A DNA stretch of 55,599 bases from a virus (Duplodnaviria; Caudoviricetes), in IMG/VR virus record IMGVR_UViG_3300038974_000149, positions 1-55,599 of that record; one strand, 5' to 3'. Shown piece after piece: positions 53,829 to 55,599 of the stretch. Position 1 is the stretch's first letter, and the number at the start of each line of letters is the position of its first letter. The notes beneath the pieces were generated by a model that ran no database searches, had not been told where the DNA came from, and worked only from the letters and a program-made list of their open reading frames with translations. Both the position numbers and the translations under genes were made by a program.

Positions 53829-54478
53829 ATAAGAAGATCCTTTTGTTCATTACTTTTTTTCATGCAATATTTAGCCTTTAATGATTCTGATATTTTACGT
53901 TTAGTTTCTTCTGGAATCACTCTGCCCATTTTAGAAACTGAAATCTTATCTCTGGTCTCTTTTGAAAATACTCGTCCTTTTTGTCCATCACTAATAGCTC
54001 TTCTATGACTAGCCTTTAAAGGCTTATCAACATGAGACATGGAACATATTTTTTTAAATTCTTCGCTCATTTTCATTCCTTTATTCCATGACTGTCTGCC
54101 TTTAAGAGATTCAGACATGTTCCTCACATGCTCTTCAGACAAGACTCTTCCCATTAATGATTTCGAAATTCCTAATTTTGTCTTAAAATCATGTCTAAAT
54201 GAACCTCTTCCTCCACCTCCATCAGCAATGTTATAAAATCTTCCCTTGTAAATCTCTTTATAAATTGAAACATAAAGTTTTTCAAGCTCTTTAGCTTCAT
54301 CACTTGTTTTGCAAAATTCTATTATTTCTCGTTTAAAATTCGCTCGGCCGTATTTCTTCATAGCTTTCTTTAAAGCGACACCCGAACCTAAATAACTATC
54401 TTTCATTGTATTTTTACTACAAGCTTTACCTATATAAATCTTGCCATTTATATCGTTTGTGGTTTTATAAATAAACAT
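53825..54478 (-). CDS. GIY-YIG (Seg-like) homing endonuclease
   Basis: MFIYKTTN..NGKIYIG...YLGSG...KYG..NF.REI...YN; likely start MFIYK. Confidence 0.9.
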   Translation of the reverse strand: MFIYKTTNDINGKIYIGKACSKNTMKDSYLGSGVALKKAMKKYGRANFKREIIEFCKTSDEAKELEKLYVSIYKEIYKGRFYNIADGGGGRGSFRHDFKTKLGISKSLMGRVLSEEHVRNMSESLKGRQSWNKGMKMSEEFKKICSMSHVDKPLKASHRRAISDGQKGRVFSKETRDKISVSKMGRVIPEETKRKISESLKAKYCMKKSNEQKDLLI

Positions 54479-54479
54479 T

Positions 54480-54869
54480 CTATTTCCCAAAATCCTTAGG
54501 AATTTCATATTGATCTATCAAATTGTCGAAAAGACCCGCCATTTTCTTTGGATCGCCTTCTTTGATGACATTATCAACATGTTGTTCTCTTTCTTTCTTT
54601 AGTTTTGCGATTGCTTTGCTCTGTTCGTTGTATTTACTCTCGAGTTCTTGAAGCTTGTACGCATTTAGAAGTACAGTATCGTACATCGCCTGATTTTCAA
54701 GGCGCCACTGTTCATGAAGAGATTGAGAGAATTCACTGGCTTTCTTTTTGGCATACCATTGACCTGCAAAGACAGCAGCTATAAGTATCGCCAAAACAAG
54801 CAGCACAGCAAAAAAGTATTTCTTATTCTCATAATAAAAGCTTTTTATGTTCATTATCTTATACTCCAA
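54480..54869 (-). CDS. N-terminal TM + coiled-coil protein (i-spanin/Rz-like)
   Basis: FFAVLLVLAILIAAVFAG followed by a periplasmic-type coiled coil. Confidence 0.5.
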   Translation of the reverse strand: MEYKIMNIKSFYYENKKYFFAVLLVLAILIAAVFAGQWYAKKKASEFSQSLHEQWRLENQAMYDTVLLNAYKLQELESKYNEQSKAIAKLKKEREQHVDNVIKEGDPKKMAGLFDNLIDQYEIPKDFGK

Positions 54870-55509
54870 AAACTCTGACCATCAGCCATCCAAGAGCTTG
54901 TTGATTCACTGTTTCGACATAAAACGTTCGACTAGATGCTGGCCAAGAACCATGATAAAGTATTTTAGCACTGACTGTATTTTGAATACGTGAGTCTTCG
55001 TCGACATCTTGATGTGATGAACCGATAAATGTAAAAGTCGTTGCAGCAAGAGCGGGTGTCGACGGAGTAGTTGGAGAAATAGATGCAGAAAAACCCTTTT
55101 GATTAAAGGGCGCTGGACCAACAAAGACTCCCGCCTTCCACGTTCTTCCTAGCGCTCTAGCATCTAAATAGAAGTCAACTTCTAAATAATAAAACTGCGA
55201 ATAAGTTCCTGCGGGAACTGAAATCGTCCATGGAATAGCAGGGGAAATTCCACCACTTGCAGGAAAGAGGCTGCCAGAAGCAGAAGAAAGATTCCTATAA
55301 GTTTCTTTCATAGAAGAACTACTAAGAGACGTTATTGAAGACTCTAAACTTGCTATGTCGCTTTGTACTTCATCAATTCCTGCTTTTAGAGCTACATCAT
55401 TCGCTAAAAGTCTCTGGTGAGGAGTATTATGATTACTATAGTTGTGAACAGTTTCTGCTGTAAACTGTAGTAAACTAGAGTTAGTGGGATAAGGTAATGT
55501 AATAGCCAT
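54859..55509 (-). CDS. putative tail/baseplate fibre protein
   Basis: N.PH.RLLAND..LK followed by a coiled coil and a beta domain. Confidence 0.55.
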   Translation of the reverse strand: MAITLPYPTNSSLLQFTAETVHNYSNHNTPHQRLLANDVALKAGIDEVQSDIASLESSITSLSSSSMKETYRNLSSASGSLFPASGGISPAIPWTISVPAGTYSQFYYLEVDFYLDARALGRTWKAGVFVGPAPFNQKGFSASISPTTPSTPALAATTFTFIGSSHQDVDEDSRIQNTVSAKILYHGSWPASSRTFYVETVNQQALGWLMVRVFGV

Positions 55510-55518
55510 TTATAGCTC

Positions 55519-55599
55519 CTAAAATATTATTTTCCAATCAATCGTCAATGCTTTTCCTTCGCTGACGACTATAGAGTTTAGCGTTGTTTTCAGTCTTGC
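55519..55599 (-). CDS. partial CDS (C-terminus), baseplate/tail-collar-like
   Basis: ...ARLKTTLNSIVVSEGKALTIDWKIIF*; truncated by the window edge. Confidence 0.5.
   Translation of the reverse strand, partial: ARLKTTLNSIVVSEGKALTIDWKIIF

Noticed and set aside
46097-54478. Group I introns or inteins around the GIY-YIG genes
   Set aside because: The flanking genes look complete and the endonuclease ORFs abut or overlap them, leaving no room for intron core structure; no intein motifs seen.
1-55599. Stop-codon reassignment, tRNA genes, or a diversity-generating retroelement
   Set aside because: Long genes are intact in code 11 and end in TAA, TAG and TGA; no tRNA cloverleaf or T-loop consensus was recognised; no reverse transcriptase or adenine-specific TR/VR pair was seen.

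Overview
The window is a fragment of a large (jumbo-type) tailed dsDNA phage genome in the standard genetic code, transcribed almost entirely on the minus strand. (1) 1-14600 is an early/host-takeover region of small genes, driven by about 14 near-identical sigma70-type promoters (TTTACAATCT...17 bp...TA[T/G]AAT). It encodes RtcB, an Rnl2-like RNA ligase, a metallophosphoesterase, a T7 gp0.7-like kinase, DUF932 and a probable ~165-nt structured sRNA. A repeat-rich non-coding island (5107-6777) holds the only convincing plus-strand gene, endonuclease VII. (2) 15900-32940 carries unrelated enzymes: a CCA-adding enzyme, a Nudix + ADP-ribosyltransferase fusion, a nuclease-like + zincin protease fusion and an Rnl1-like ligase. 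All share a ~30-aa 'GHKY..R...G..Y.Y.Y.E' tag, usually just after a hydrophobic-x-K-[S/A/D] site. This is the best candidate for an undescribed system: a capsid-loading/processing tag for injected anti-defence cargo. (3) 33160-55599 is a virion fibre/adhesin module with three giant (Gly-x-Ser)n 'SGYSG' proteins, adjacent glycosyltransferases, four GIY-YIG homing endonucleases and spanin-like genes. One definite technical artefact (Illumina adapter at 42779-42807) and one probable one (151-bp tandem duplication at 17852-18153) are present. All family calls come from motif recognition by eye; no database searches were run.
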